DNA from: Octopus sinensis
Taxonomy: Eukaryota
Assembly (NCBI RefSeq): GCF_006345805.1
Contig: NC_043011.1
Location: forward strand, 34,670,464 to 34,734,463
DNA: 64,000 nucleotides
Reading direction: 5' to 3'
Shown: piece by piece, positions 40,541-53,490 of the stretch
Layout: each line of letters starts with the position of its first letter
Position numbering within the stretch: the first letter of the stretch is position 1
Made by a program: the position numbers and the translations under genes
The notes under the pieces: generated by a model
Told to the model about the DNA's origin: nothing
What the model saw: the letters and a program-made list of their open reading frames with translations, nothing else
Databases searched by the model: none

Positions 40541-40897
40541 ATATTTGGTAAACTTGAGTTGAAAGTTAAGTAATGTATAACATATTTTTATGGATGCTGT
40601 GCACACAATTCACCTGATTGCACCGTGTTTCCGTCACAATACAAAAATGTTGAATGAAACAATTGTAGCCGTAGCAGATAACCCTTTCCTGGGATTTCCA
40701 AATATAACCTGATAGTGGACATTCCTTCACAGATGCATTCCGCACTATGGTAATGGATTACATAACTGCCTAATTAGCGACATTCCACCTGGCCATCAAT
40801 TGTCGCGGGTTTCACTTTGATATGCCCTGATCCCTAATGGATCGCCTTTAATCAATCTATCTAATCTACCTCTATAAATGTATGTATGCATATATAT

Positions 40898-40949
<52 letters not shown>

Positions 40950-41090
40950 CATATATATATATATACATACATACATACATATATATATATATATTATATA
41001 TATATTAATATATATACATATATATATATACATACATACTACATATATATATGTTATATATACATACATGTATATGTGTGTATACACACA

Positions 41091-41123
<33 letters not shown>

Positions 41124-41428
41124 CACTGTAAACAGGTTGGCATTAGGAAGGGCATTTAGCCGTAAGATTCCTGCCAAAACTGACATTGAGGCATGATGCA
41201 GCCCTGTAGCTAGCCAGATCTTGTTAAACCATTTAACCCAGCATTGAAACAGACGTTAAGCAATGATGGCAACAACGACGACTATGAGAAGGAGAAGGTG
41301 GATATAATGCCCAAATTGCGTATAACAGATCATCATTCAGAAATCGAACCCCTGGCATTTTTAAGTGCAGGTATCGCGCTTTAAGGGAGTAATTTCACAT
41401 TTGGTAGTACAATAGTGCTAAACCGCCT

Positions 41429-41515
<87 letters not shown>

Positions 41516-41746
41516 TGCCTGTCAACATTTATTGCAATCAATAAAATCTTATAGTAGTTCTGAGCTCTGGTAAGTTGTCATTAAAAACAAAAGACCTCCG
41601 GAGTGCTTGCACACCAGAAGGCATACAGAACATTCAAGATATTTCTGTAGTAGATTCATTATAAATAACCTTAATTCATGATTGTCAAATGTGTAACTAG
41701 TTATTATGCTTGCTTGCAATGGAGTGGAAGGTCAATTATTTCACTC

Positions 41747-41828
<82 letters not shown>

Positions 41829-42563
41829 TATATATTTTTATATTTTATATATATTATATTTTCCGTTCATACGTACTTAACTGCAAATAGCTACCGAAAC
41901 GTAAGCACAAATATAGACAACTGAAATATCCTACACACACACACACACACACACCTGTGTGTGTGTGTAGAACGTCGTGCACCTGTACAGGTAATGTCGA
42001 TTTGATGGCGGGAATGAGTTTATGTGAACACAAACATTGGATCATTATAAACAAATCATGTGTGGTTGCTTAGCAAGAAATTGTAGTACTCTCACGACAG
42101 GAGAAACCATGATATAGATATATTATCAGTCACGCATACGTTGTGTATTTTGTTTAAACACCCAGCTGCTGCATGATATTGTCGGGGGAAATCTCAGTTC
42201 GCGATGACGAGTGTTTTCAGAACAATGAGTGTCCCAAACCAGGCGAGACAACTCGCCCCTAAAGGATCGAAAATTATAGATATCGATATTTCGTCATTAT
42301 TTTGGCTGCTCAATAACGTGTATTCGGATCATCAGGAAACGAAATGAATCATTGGCCTGGAACTTATGTGCAAATAGAGTGAAGTCTGTTTGAACACTTA
42401 GTGTCGTGTAGGGAGCTTTCCCCGGACGCTATCCAGCAGCAAATGGACATTTAAGCAAAACACATGCACACACTGCGTATGTACGACCGAAAACGTTTAC
42501 ACTACTAGAGCTGCTTTTAATTCGTAATTTGATATATATACATATATATGTATATACACACAC

Positions 42564-42628
<65 letters not shown>

Positions 42629-42759
42629 GCTATATATATATATATATATAATATATATATATATATATCTATATATATATATATATATAATGTGTGTATA
42701 TATACACTTTTACTTGTTTCAGTCTTCTGACTGTGGCCATGCTGGAGCATCACCTTTTC

Positions 42760-43530
42760 AAAGCGTTCTCGACATCTGAACATCTCTCCAGCCGAACTCT
42801 AGGCCCTTCGGTGTCTCCGACGCTGCACAGACATCTTCATAAAATCGGTCACCAAGGGTGGAGCCGTGGTGGTGTGGTGCACGGACTTCTACAAAGCGAA
42901 AGCTCTCCGACAACTTCAAGACACCTCCTTCTACTGTCCTCTGCCCTCCAACCCCACGACCAACTACTAACAGGCTGTGTCCTCCACTATCCATAACGTC
43001 ATCTCCTCCTCCCCGTCTCCCCCACCGCCTCTAACCTCATTGTCCGCACCCTTCGCACTCCCACAATTGACTTCCTCCCCAAAATCAGCAAACGTAACAG
43101 CCCTGGCCGCCCCATCGTCTCCGCCTGCAACTGCCCCACCGAACTTATCTCCAGATATCTTGACCGTGTCCTTGCCCCCTCTAGTGGCTTCCTCTCCTCT
43201 CACATCCATGACACCAACTATGCTCTTCGTTTTTTCAACTCTTTCTCCTTCCCTCCTGGCTCCTTTAAACTTCTCTTCACTCTTGACATCAAGAGTCTAT
43301 ACACGGTGATCCCTCACCACGAGGGGCTGCATGCACTCCAACATTTCCTTGACCTTCGACCCAGACCCCTACCTAACACATCCACACTCCTTCGTCTGGC
43401 TGAACTTGTCCTCTCACTTAACTGCTTCTCGTTCGCGGGTGATTTTTACCAGCAGTTCTCAGGAGTGGCCATGGGAACGAGAATGGACCCCAACTATGCG
43501 AACCTATTCTCAAATATTCTCAAGTTATGA
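42760..43530 (+). mobile_element. Penelope-like RT fragment
   Basis: KGGAVVVW...LRQLQDTSFY...GRPIVSACNCPTELISRYLD...TLDIKSLYTVIPH...AELVLSLNCFSF..FYQQFSGVAMGTRM.PNYANLF. Confidence 0.88.
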
Positions 43531-44450
43531 AGTGTTATGAAGTGTTATATGGGGTGCTTAAAGCAAAATTCCACCTGGCTCTCTCCCTGATACATTTATG
43601 CACCATACAGCAAAAAAGAAGGAATTATTGAAATTAGTCATTACTCATTTTGCCCCAATTTAGACCACATTTTTGAAAATTGAAACTTACCAAATTGGAC
43701 ATTAATGTGTGAGAAAAAAATTGATGTACAGTCCAAAGGTAAAAGAATATTTATTGTTAAACACCAAAAATTATCTAGATATTTTATTAGTAACCTTATC
43801 GAGTCAAAGTTGAGGAAAATTTTCTTGAAAAAAAAGCACCTGTTACCTGATAATGTTCAAACTCTCTCAACTGTAACAACTATGGTTACCAATGTTTGTT
43901 CCCAAAGACGATGCAACAGTACAAAATGGCGACGCAATACTTGTAATGTAATGGTTTCAAACAAAAAGGGAGAAGATAACGAGAAATGAGTAATTACTCA
44001 TTTTGCCCCAGTTATTAATTTCGCCCACTCCCCCTATAGTAGTTTCAAGTATTGGACAAAATGACGAAAAATATTGAAAGGAAAAAAAAGGAAAAATATT
44101 CGATTTAATGAAAAGTACGTGAACATAAATGCAGTAAATTCTAAAGTCCCAAAAATGCTTTGATTTGTTGAAATATTTAATTTTATAATTAAAATTAAAT
44201 TCAAAATTTATATTTTGGAACATATTATTACTTACATGCTCTTTCGTAAAATAAGACCAGTTTTCAATGCCTCACTGAAATAATTAAGTTTACAGGTGGC
44301 AATACGTGTGTGTGTGTGTGTGTGTGTTTAATTGCCAGTGGTTAATCCAAGGTTACTGCTCGGTCGTGCGTTGAAAGAAGAAATTTGAACTAGAGACAAA
44401 AATAACTTCTTTCTATCAATCTCTTTATCTTTATATAGATTCATACTGAC

Positions 44451-44495
<45 letters not shown>

Positions 44496-44906
44496 GCACA
44501 AATACACACACACACTCACTCACAGATGCATACATATTTAGAAGTGTTTTGTCATTATCCCTTTTTACTGTCATTGTCTCAAAAGCAGCTACAATTAATT
44601 AATTTGCAAGGGAAATATTTGTAGCAGCTTTTGGGACTGGGTGGCAAACTGTTTTTTTTTAATTGAATGAATTGGCGTCGCTAATGTGGAGAAATCTATA
44701 GTTATTTATCAAAAAAGACGAGCCATTATTTTTTTCAAGATATGTTTGCATATTGAAAGAGGACCTCTGCTTGCGAGATTGTATTAAGTGCTCCATACCC
44801 TTCGTAGCAGAGGCCTCCGATATCGAGGGGGCCGGGACAATTGCCCACTTCATCCCTATTCACAGTATCAAATGCTTTCATCAGATCAATGAATACCATG
44901 TACATA

Positions 44907-45205
44907 GGCGCAGGGATGGCTGTGTGGTAAGTAGCTTGATTACCAACCACATGGTTCCGGGTTCATTCTCACTGCGTGGCACCTTGGGCAAGTGTCTTCT
45001 ACTATAGCCTCGGGCCGACCAAAGCCTTGTGAGTGGATTTGGTAGACGGAAACTGAAATAAGCTCATCGTATATATATATGTGTATGTGTGTGTATATGT
45101 TTGTGTGTCTGTGTTTGGCGGAATGTGAACTCAGAACGTAACGGCAGACGAAATACCGCTAAACATTTCGCCCAGCGTGCAAACGTTTCTCCCAACTCAC
45201 CGCCT
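44907..45205. mobile_element. SINE-B 5' half (+) fused to a SINE-A 5' part (-)
   Basis: Family consensus matches. A tiny LINE RT scrap (MVFIDLMKAFDTVNR, minus strand) lies just upstream at about 44855-44900. Confidence 0.8.
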
Positions 45206-45216
45206 TTTATTGATAA

Positions 45217-45300
<84 letters not shown>

Positions 45301-45499
45301 TAAGAAATGGAGTTAAATGCAGGTGTTATTCAAATCTTTATACTTCCGACATATCTTCCGAAAAAAACATTGGTATCATTCCCGAGGGAATAAAATGATG
45401 TAAAACAATATAATCATCTCATCAGGGAAAAAAGAGAAGCAAAACCATCAATAAGCTATTTTAACGGAATGTGATTACCGCGAAATGTGATGAAGGGAA

Positions 45500-46230
45500 C
45501 GCCATTTTCTGTTTTTAATTTTGCGCATGCGCACTGTTTGTTTTTGATTTTGTCGACTACACAGTATAGTAGGGTCAGTTGGGCACCGCCTGTAAGAAAA
45601 ACAGCGCCATGACGCAATTCACTCTGTCAGAAATTTGGAAACGACATGCTGCACCGCTTGGCATTCGCGCCGGAAGCTCCAATACGAACATTTCAAAGTG
45701 TTTGGGTGTCAATTTGAGGACAGTGCAATCTGAGAACATGTACCGAGAGTGATAAAAAATCAAACATCCAGTCAACATCATGGTGTTTGGAGTGACCACT
45801 AGTGATGGTGACGTTATGTCTCCATTCATCGTCCCACACGGTCTCAGACTCAACCGGAGGCCTATATCAAGTGCCTGGAGGAGGTAGTGCTGCCTTGGGT
45901 CAAGAGGGTGGCTGCTGAAAGACCTATGCCTGGCAACAGGACTCTGCACCATGCCACACAAGCAGGAGAACCAAGCCATGGCTTTCAGACAAATTCTGCG
46001 ACCACATCAACCCTAACATTTGGTCACCTAACTCCCCAGACTGCAAGCCCCTTGATTATTATGTGTGAGATGCAGTTGAGCGAGAGACTAACAAAACTCC
46101 TTGTAACACCAAAGACGAACTGAAGGCAAGGATTATGCCAGCATTCACCAACTTAAATAGGGAGACCGTTGCCTTTATATCTTATCAACAACAAATTCAG
46201 GGTACATCTGGTGATAATGGAACTTAATTG
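45500..46230 (+). mobile_element. maT-type (DD37D) Tc1/mariner transposase remnant
   Basis: KHPVNIMVFGV...WQQDSAPCHTSRRTKPWLSDKFCDHINPNIWSPNSPDCKPLDYYV has 37 residues between the second and third catalytic D. Confidence 0.85.
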
Positions 46231-46231
46231 C

Positions 46232-46395
46232 TTTTTCTTCGTCGTCGTCATGTTCTTCTTCTTCTTCTGCTTATTCTTCTTCTTCTTCTGCCTCTTCTTC
46301 TTCTTCTTTTTCTTCTTCTCCTTCGTTGTCGTCGTCTTCTTCTTCTTCTTTTTCTTCTTCTTCGTCTTCTTCTTCTTCTTCTTCTTCTTCTTCTT

Positions 46396-46458
<63 letters not shown>

Positions 46459-46730
46459 CGTCGTCGTCGTCGTCGTCGTCGTCGTCTTCTTCTTCGTCGT
46501 CGTCGTCTTCTTTTTCTTCATCTTCTTTTTCTTCTTCTCCTTCGTTGGCGTCGTCTTCTTTTTCTTCTTCTTCTTCTTCTTTTTCTTCTTCTTCGTTGTC
46601 GTCGTCTTCTTTTTCTTCTTCTTCTTCTTCTTCTTCTTCTTCTACTACTACTACTACTACTTCTTCTTTTTTCTCTTCTTCTTCTTCTTCTTCGTCGTCG
46701 TCGTCGTCGTCGTCGTCTTCTTCTTCTTCT
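46232..46730. repeat. Compound (TTC)/(GTC)/(TAC) trinucleotide array with higher-order duplication
   Basis: The block order TTC-GTC-TTC-TAC-TTC-GTC occurs twice. Confidence 0.9.
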
Positions 46731-47040
46731 GCCCCAAGCCAGTCCAGATCAAACAAACCCAGGACAACAAGCATCCCAGCCTTGACAATCGCCTTTATTT
46801 TTAGTCATAGAGCATTACACGGAGTAGTTTTTTTTTTGTCTTTGGTCAGAAAGTGTTATTTCCCATTTGCTTCTACCTAGAAATCAAACGAAACGACAAC
46901 TATTCTCTTCAAACTTTATTTATGTGACCCGGACATCAATGTTTTGAAGCTGACCTATTTTCCATTACATTTCAGATAAATTCAGCGCAGAGTTACTAAA
47001 GCAGAATTTTCTAGAACTTTCTAGAAGTTTCAAGAACTTT

Positions 47041-47447
47041 GCAGGAGTGGCTGTGTGGTAAGTAGCTTGCTTACCAATCACATGGTTCCGGGTTCAGTCC
47101 CACTGCGTGGCACCTTGGGCAAGTGTCTTCTACTATAGCCTTGGGCCGACCAAAGCCTTGTGAGTGGATTTGGTAGACGGAAACTGAAAGAAGCCCGTCG
47201 TATATACATTTATATATATATATATGTGTGTTTGTGTATGTGTGTGTATATGTCTGTGTGTCTGTGTTTGTCCCCCCCCAACATCGCTTGACAACCGATG
47301 CTGGTGTGTTTACGTCCCCATAACTTGCGGTTCGGCAAAAGAGAACGATAGTATAAGTACTAGGCTTACACAGAATAAGCTCTGTGGTCGATTTGCTTGG
47401 CTAAAGACGGTGCTCCAGCATGGCTGCAGTGAAATGACTGGAACAAG
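47041..47447 (+). mobile_element. SINE family B, full length
   Basis: Matches the family consensus. Confidence 0.9.
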
Positions 47448-48116
47448 AAAAAAAAACAAAAAAAAACATACAAATTAACCTAAAATTGTCTCGTGAATTT
47501 CTTGTAGCTTCGCAAATTAGGTAAATTCGGTATTGGTCTCCCACCATTTATAATTAATCATTTTCCATCGAAGTCTCTTTTCTAAAAACTATTTCTCAAA
47601 ATATTGTTTGTAACACACATTTCACTCATTTTGGAAAAGGCTGCTCTTATATAAGAACACACGTGTAAGCGTCTGCGTAAATTGTAAGTCAATTTCAACA
47701 AAACGGAAAAATACCCTTAGTTAAATCAATTTAAGATTAATTCGCTACTTCTGAAATAAGAAATATAATATAGATTATATTTTTGTTTTCAGAACACTCC
47801 AAAAATATAACAGTGCAAACAGATGTTTTGGATAAAAAAAATTCAAACTTATCGCCAAGCTATTCCAACATTTCAGCTGGCTAACTCAAGAATTATGGGA
47901 CTGCTCTAGTTCCGGTCAGAAATTTTAGGGGGCAGAAAGTAGAACCAGGTTAGCAACAATTCTACACTAACAAAGAGACGGGGAGGGAGGTCATGCGGGT
48001 ATGAAAGATCGTTACTCTGTGTTCACTTATCCTATTTTCCCTTTTTATCTCTCGTTGTTTACATATTAACTTGTTGTTTATGTATTTCATGTTGTTTACA
48101 CAGTTGGTGACGTCCT

Positions 48117-48197
<81 letters not shown>

Positions 48198-48377
48198 TAT
48201 ATATTATATGGCCTGCTCGCTTAGCCAAGCGGGGTGGCATCATTCGAAGGCTAAAACAATGCGAAACGCATTGTGACCAGCGATGTGTAACGGCATCTGA
48301 TGGTCTGCCGGTCACGTGATCACGCGATATAATATATTATATATATAATATAATAATATAAACATTAATAATATATA

Positions 48378-49635
48378 CAGGGGTTGGACAAAATAATGGA
48401 AACACCTAGCATCATAGCATCATAATTTTGAAATATCTATAAAACCGTAATAAAGCTTATTTATTTTTATGATTTTTTAAATTTATTATTAGTGTTGCTT
48501 AATATGTGTTGCTAAAATTGCTGTTTCTTTTCAAATATCATCAGAAAAGGCTAATTAAAATTCATTAAAATGATAGATCTATCGGACTTTCAGAGAGGTC
48601 AAATTGTTAGTGCTCGTATGGCAGGCGCTAGCGTAACGAAAACAGCCAAAATGTTTGGTGTATCAAGAAGTACTATCTCGAAATAATGACACCTTTGAGA
48701 AAGAGGGAAAAATGTCCTCGTCGAAACAAAACTCCAGAGGAAAACCAAGGCTTTCAGATAGGGGCCTTCGAACTCTTACACGAATTGTTAAAAAGGATCA
48801 CAAAAGTACAGCTCCCAAAATAACTGCAGAGCTTAATGACTACCTCGAGAACCCATTTTCCACAGAAACTGTTCGTCGGGAGCTGCACAAAGCCGGATCT
48901 CACGAGAGGGCTGCAATCAGAAAACCATTACTTTCAAAAACAAACGTTGCAAAGCGTTTGGGGTAGAGTCAAATTGAACCCTAGAGCAGTGGAAGAATGC
49001 TCTTTTCTCGGACGAGTCATCCTTTACCTTATTTCCGACCACCGGTCTAGTATACGTGTGGAGACAAAGGAAGCGTTTGACCCACACTGCCTTCTTCCAA
49101 CTGTTAAACATGGAGCAGGATCTGTGATGATATGGTGAGGGGGGGGGGCTACATCTTGGAAATCCACCGGCCCAATGATTTCTCTTCATGGCAGAATTAA
49201 TAGTGAAGACTCTTTAAGCATTTTATCTGATCAAATTTATCCTATGCTTGCGGAACATTCAGGATGATAATGCACCAATTCACACAGCTAAAGTTGTTAG
49301 TGAATGGCACAAGGAACATTCTAGTGAAGTTGAACATCTTATCTGGCCACCACAGTCCCCAGATCTTAATATTATTGAACATTTATGGTGCATTTTTAAA
49401 AAACAAGTACAGAGTCGATACCCTCCACCATCATCACAAGAACTGGAGACTGTTTTAGCTAAAGAATGGACAAAAATTCCTTTGGAAACAATTTAAACTT
49501 TGTACGAGTCCATACCTCGTAGAATTCAAACTGTAATACAGAGGTTGGACAGAATAATGGAAACACCTTAAAATTTCAAACAAATTTATTTTAATATGGG
49601 ATAGGGCCGCCTTTGGCAATAATTACAACTTGAAT
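48378..49635 (+). mobile_element. Near-complete Tc1-like transposon (DD36E), pseudogenised, with its 3' end inverted
   Basis: TA|CAGGGGTTGGACAAAATAATGGAAACACC TIR. ATG at 48570 reads MIDLSDFQRGQIVSARMAG. Also WKNALFSDES and QDDNAPIH...WPPQSPDLNIIE (36-residue spacing). Confidence 0.9.
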
Positions 49636-49649
49636 ATATATATATATAT

Positions 49650-49932
49650 ACCACGTGATCACGTGACCGACTAGGCTATCAGATGTTGCCACACATCGCT
49701 GGTCATAATGCGCTTCGCATTGTTTTAGCCTTCAAATGACGCCAACTCGCTGGCTAAGCGAGCATGCCAACAGAAGAAAGAGTGAGAGAAACAGCAGGGA
49801 TCGCCATCATCCCCTGCCGGAGCCTCGTGGAACTGTAGGTGTTTTCGCTCAATAAGCACTCACAACGCCCGGTCTGGGGATCGAAACCACGATCCTACGA
49901 CTGCGAGTCCGCTGTCCTAACCACCGAGCCAC
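49650..49932 (-). mobile_element. SINE family C, full length; isolated tails at 48209-48325 (+) and 49981-50090 (-), another copy at 59446-59700 (+)
   Basis: tRNA-like head plus a tail ending GGTCACGTGATCACGTG. Confidence 0.8.
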
Positions 49933-49984
<52 letters not shown>

Positions 49985-50144
49985 CGTGACCGACCAGGCT
50001 ATCAGATGTTGCTAAACATCGCTGGTCACAATGCGCTTCGCATATTTTAGCCTTCAAGTGACGCCATCCCGCTGGCTAAGCGAGCAGGCCATATATATAT
50101 ATATATAATATTAGGGAGTATATCCAAACTTACAGGGAAATCTC

Positions 50145-50183
<39 letters not shown>

Positions 50184-50217
50184 ATATATATATAGATATA
50201 TATATATATATGAAAAA

Positions 50218-51277
50218 GGGGAATGTTCCTTGTGTTGTATGTCTTGCACTCTATTTTTTCGTTGTTTAAGAAAAATACCCATTTCCTTGGTTTTGTTTTT
50301 GCTTTCGTTTCTCATTGCGTTCGACGTTTTTTTTATGTCCTGTACCCATATATGCATGTATATATGCATATAGATGTAGGTACGTACATATATGTATGTA
50401 TATATGCATATGTTTTATTTATTATTTTGTTATTATATGATAGAACGCCACGCATCCACTTCTAAGTAAGTTTTATCTTAATAATAATGATGATGCGCAC
50501 TCTTAACTTTTTGTCCCCCTCCCTCTCTCATCCTTCATTCTTTCTGGTTTCCTTTTCTTCTAACCTTATTATCCCTCTCTCTCTCATTCTTCATTCTTTC
50601 TGGTTTTCTCTACAACCTTTCCCTTTTTTCTCTCTCCCTTTCTCTTACTCCTCCTCCTCCCTCCCGTCGCTGACACGCGACTAGAGGGCCACTACTGCTT
50701 TCTGACCCTGCTTCCATCAAGTGTAAACGGCTTTCTCTGTCTCTCTCACCGTTCTCAAAGCGTTCAAAATATTTTTTCATTCGTTCAGGCTTAACAGCCC
50801 TTAATGTTCGTGTTACTGTTATTCTCCTTGTCCTGTCTTTTACTGTTTTTATTTGTATTGTTTTTACTGTCCTGTTTTTGTTACCATTTTTACCCCTCCG
50901 CAAAAAAATCTCAAATTTTATTTAATTTGCTTTGCGGGAAGGATTGTTTCAATAAAGTCGTGTCTCGCCTTTAACATCGAAACGCGGAGTAGATGAAACA
51001 GAGACGGCTGAAGAAGGGGAATGTTCCTTGTGTTGTATGTCTTGTACTCTATTTTTTCGTTGTTTAAGAAAAATGTCCATTTCCTTGGTTTTGTTTTTAT
51101 GTTTTCGTTTCTCATTGTGTTCGACGTTTTTTTTTCTTTTGGTGTCCTGTACCCATATATGCATTTATATATACTTATAGATGTAGGTACGTACATATAT
51201 GTACGTATATATGCACATGTTTTATTTGTTATTTTGTTATTATATGATAAAACGCCACGCATCCACTTCTAAGTAAG

Positions 51278-51279
<2 letters not shown>
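50218..51279 (+). mobile_element. Non-coding element with ~260-bp direct terminal repeats (PLE pseudo-LTR-like)
   Basis: 50218-50471 and 51016-51279 are direct repeats (GGGGAATGTTCCTTGTG...ACGCCACGCATCCACTTCTAAGTAAGTT). (TA)n lies on both sides and there are no TG..CA ends. Confidence 0.7.
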
Positions 51280-51310
<31 letters not shown>

Positions 51311-51894
51311 AGAGAGTAACCACTATGTGGTCGACTCTAGCACTAAAAATAGATCCGCTAGGTTTTTATGCACTAAGCCACTTGGTGTTAAATGGAGTAC
51401 TATTAAATAGTATCCAATTTTTCACCCTTATAGTGATGATATATATATATATATTATAAGTAGTAGTTATAGTGGTGTATATTGCATGCAATATACACCA
51501 CTATTTAAAGTCTATTTCTCAGCGTATTGACATTAAAAAATTTATCGTATATTAAAAGTAAATATATATATAAATAAATATATATATATATATTATATAT
51601 AAACATTGATGTATATACACACACATATACATACATATACTCATACATACCACACATGTACACACATGCACAGATGGGCGCATATACATACACACCACAT
51701 ATATACATTCACGCATATCATTACATACTCGCTGAGATAAATCCCTTTCAAGCTCTGTTTCTGGCTCACCTGTCATCAAGCTCTTTAAGGTAGAGGACGT
51801 AAACACAGTGTGTGGTGGGGGGGGGACATGTGTGTGTAGGCACATGGCCGACATTAAATGTTCTAATTTTATTGGATGTAGAGTTTCTTTATTG

Positions 51895-52580
51895 TCTAAT
51901 GTGGTTATATAATATTCTTAAATGTGTCTTTCAGCCATGTTGTATCTAGGACTACCTTATATAATGTGTTATTTAGATATAGCATTTGAAAGACTATATT
52001 ATATAACGTAGCCTTCAGTTGTTGCATAGATAGGGCTTCATTATCTAATGCGCTCCTCAGCCATAGGGTATCTTCTATAATGCTCTTCAGTCATAATGTA
52101 TCTAGGAGTTCATTATACAATGTGCGCTTCAGACATAGCATACCTAAGACTATATCACCTAATATGTCCTTCAATCATAGTGTATCTAGGACTAAATTGT
52201 TTTATGTCCTATCGACATAATGTATTTAGAGCTACATGAACTAATGTATCTAGGACTATATTAACTAATGAGTCCTTCAGTCATTGTGTATCAAAGGACT
52301 ACATTATGTAATGTATTCTGTTAACAATATATTTTGGATTCCCTTATCTAATGTGCCTTTCTGTCACGATGTATCCAGGTCTACATTATCTAATGTGTTC
52401 CTCAGCCAAAGTGTATCTAAGACTACATTATTGAACGATGATGACTACACTATCCAATGTGTTCCTTAAAACGTAGTGAAGGTAACACTACATCGTCCAA
52501 TGTCCCATCTCATCATAGTGTACCTGGGACTACAATATCAGGTGTGTCATTTAGACGTAATATATCTAGGCTTCTATCAT
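51895..52580 (-). repeat. Diverged 42-bp minisatellite, reverse complement of the 39400-39785 family
   Basis: ATCTAGGACTACATTATCTAATGTG-like units, e.g. at 52100, 52142 and 52184. Confidence 0.8.
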
Positions 52581-53254
52581 ACCTATGACATCATTGTCAC
52601 CATCAACACCACCACAATCACTACCATCACCACAACCAAAACCACCACCACCATATATCTGTTTATATGTGTGTGCGTATATGACTGTGTTTTACCAGTA
52701 GGCTACCACGTATAAACCATTCGTTATATGTATATATATATATTTTTTTGTATGTATGTATGTATGTATGTATGTATGTATGTATGTATGTATGTAGGTA
52801 TGCATGTATGTATGTATGTAGTATGTATGTATGTAGTATGTATGTATGTATGTATGTATGTATGTATGTATGTATGTATGTATTTATTAATATATGTATG
52901 CCTGTACGTATGTATATATATATGTGTGTGTGTGTCTGTGTGTATATATGTAAGTATATATATATGTATATATGTATGTATATATGTGTATATATATGTA
53001 TATGTATATACATACATATATTTATATGCATATATTTATATATATGTATATATGTCTCTTTTGCCAAACCGCTAAGTTACGGGGATGTAAACACAACAGC
53101 ATCGGTTGTCAAGCGATGTTGGGAGGGACAAACACAGACATACAAACATACACACACACATACATATATACATATATACGACGGTCTTCTTTCAGTTTCC
53201 GTCTACCAAACCCACTCACAAGGCTTTGGTCGGTCCGCAGCTATAGTAGAAGAC

Positions 53255-53285
<31 letters not shown>

Positions 53286-53490
53286 TGTATGTATGTATGC
53301 ATGTATGCATGTATGTACGTATGTATGTATGTATGTATGTATGTATGTATGTATGTATGTATGTATGTATAGCAATAATAAATCTCTGAGCGAGACAGAG
53401 TCTGTTTGTCCAGCAAAATTAACATAAGTAGTTCAGGGGTTATTATCTGTGTACTGTTTTGTGTATAGCTTCTGGTACGGTCAGGTATAT

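Noticed and set aside
42275-42345. Minus-strand CTGATGA...GAAATATCGATATC
   Set aside because: Stem I and the base of stem II do not pair, so this is likely chance.
46169-46880. Acidic poly-E/D or poly-S/F ORFs
   Set aside because: They come from a trinucleotide microsatellite that is open in multiple frames.
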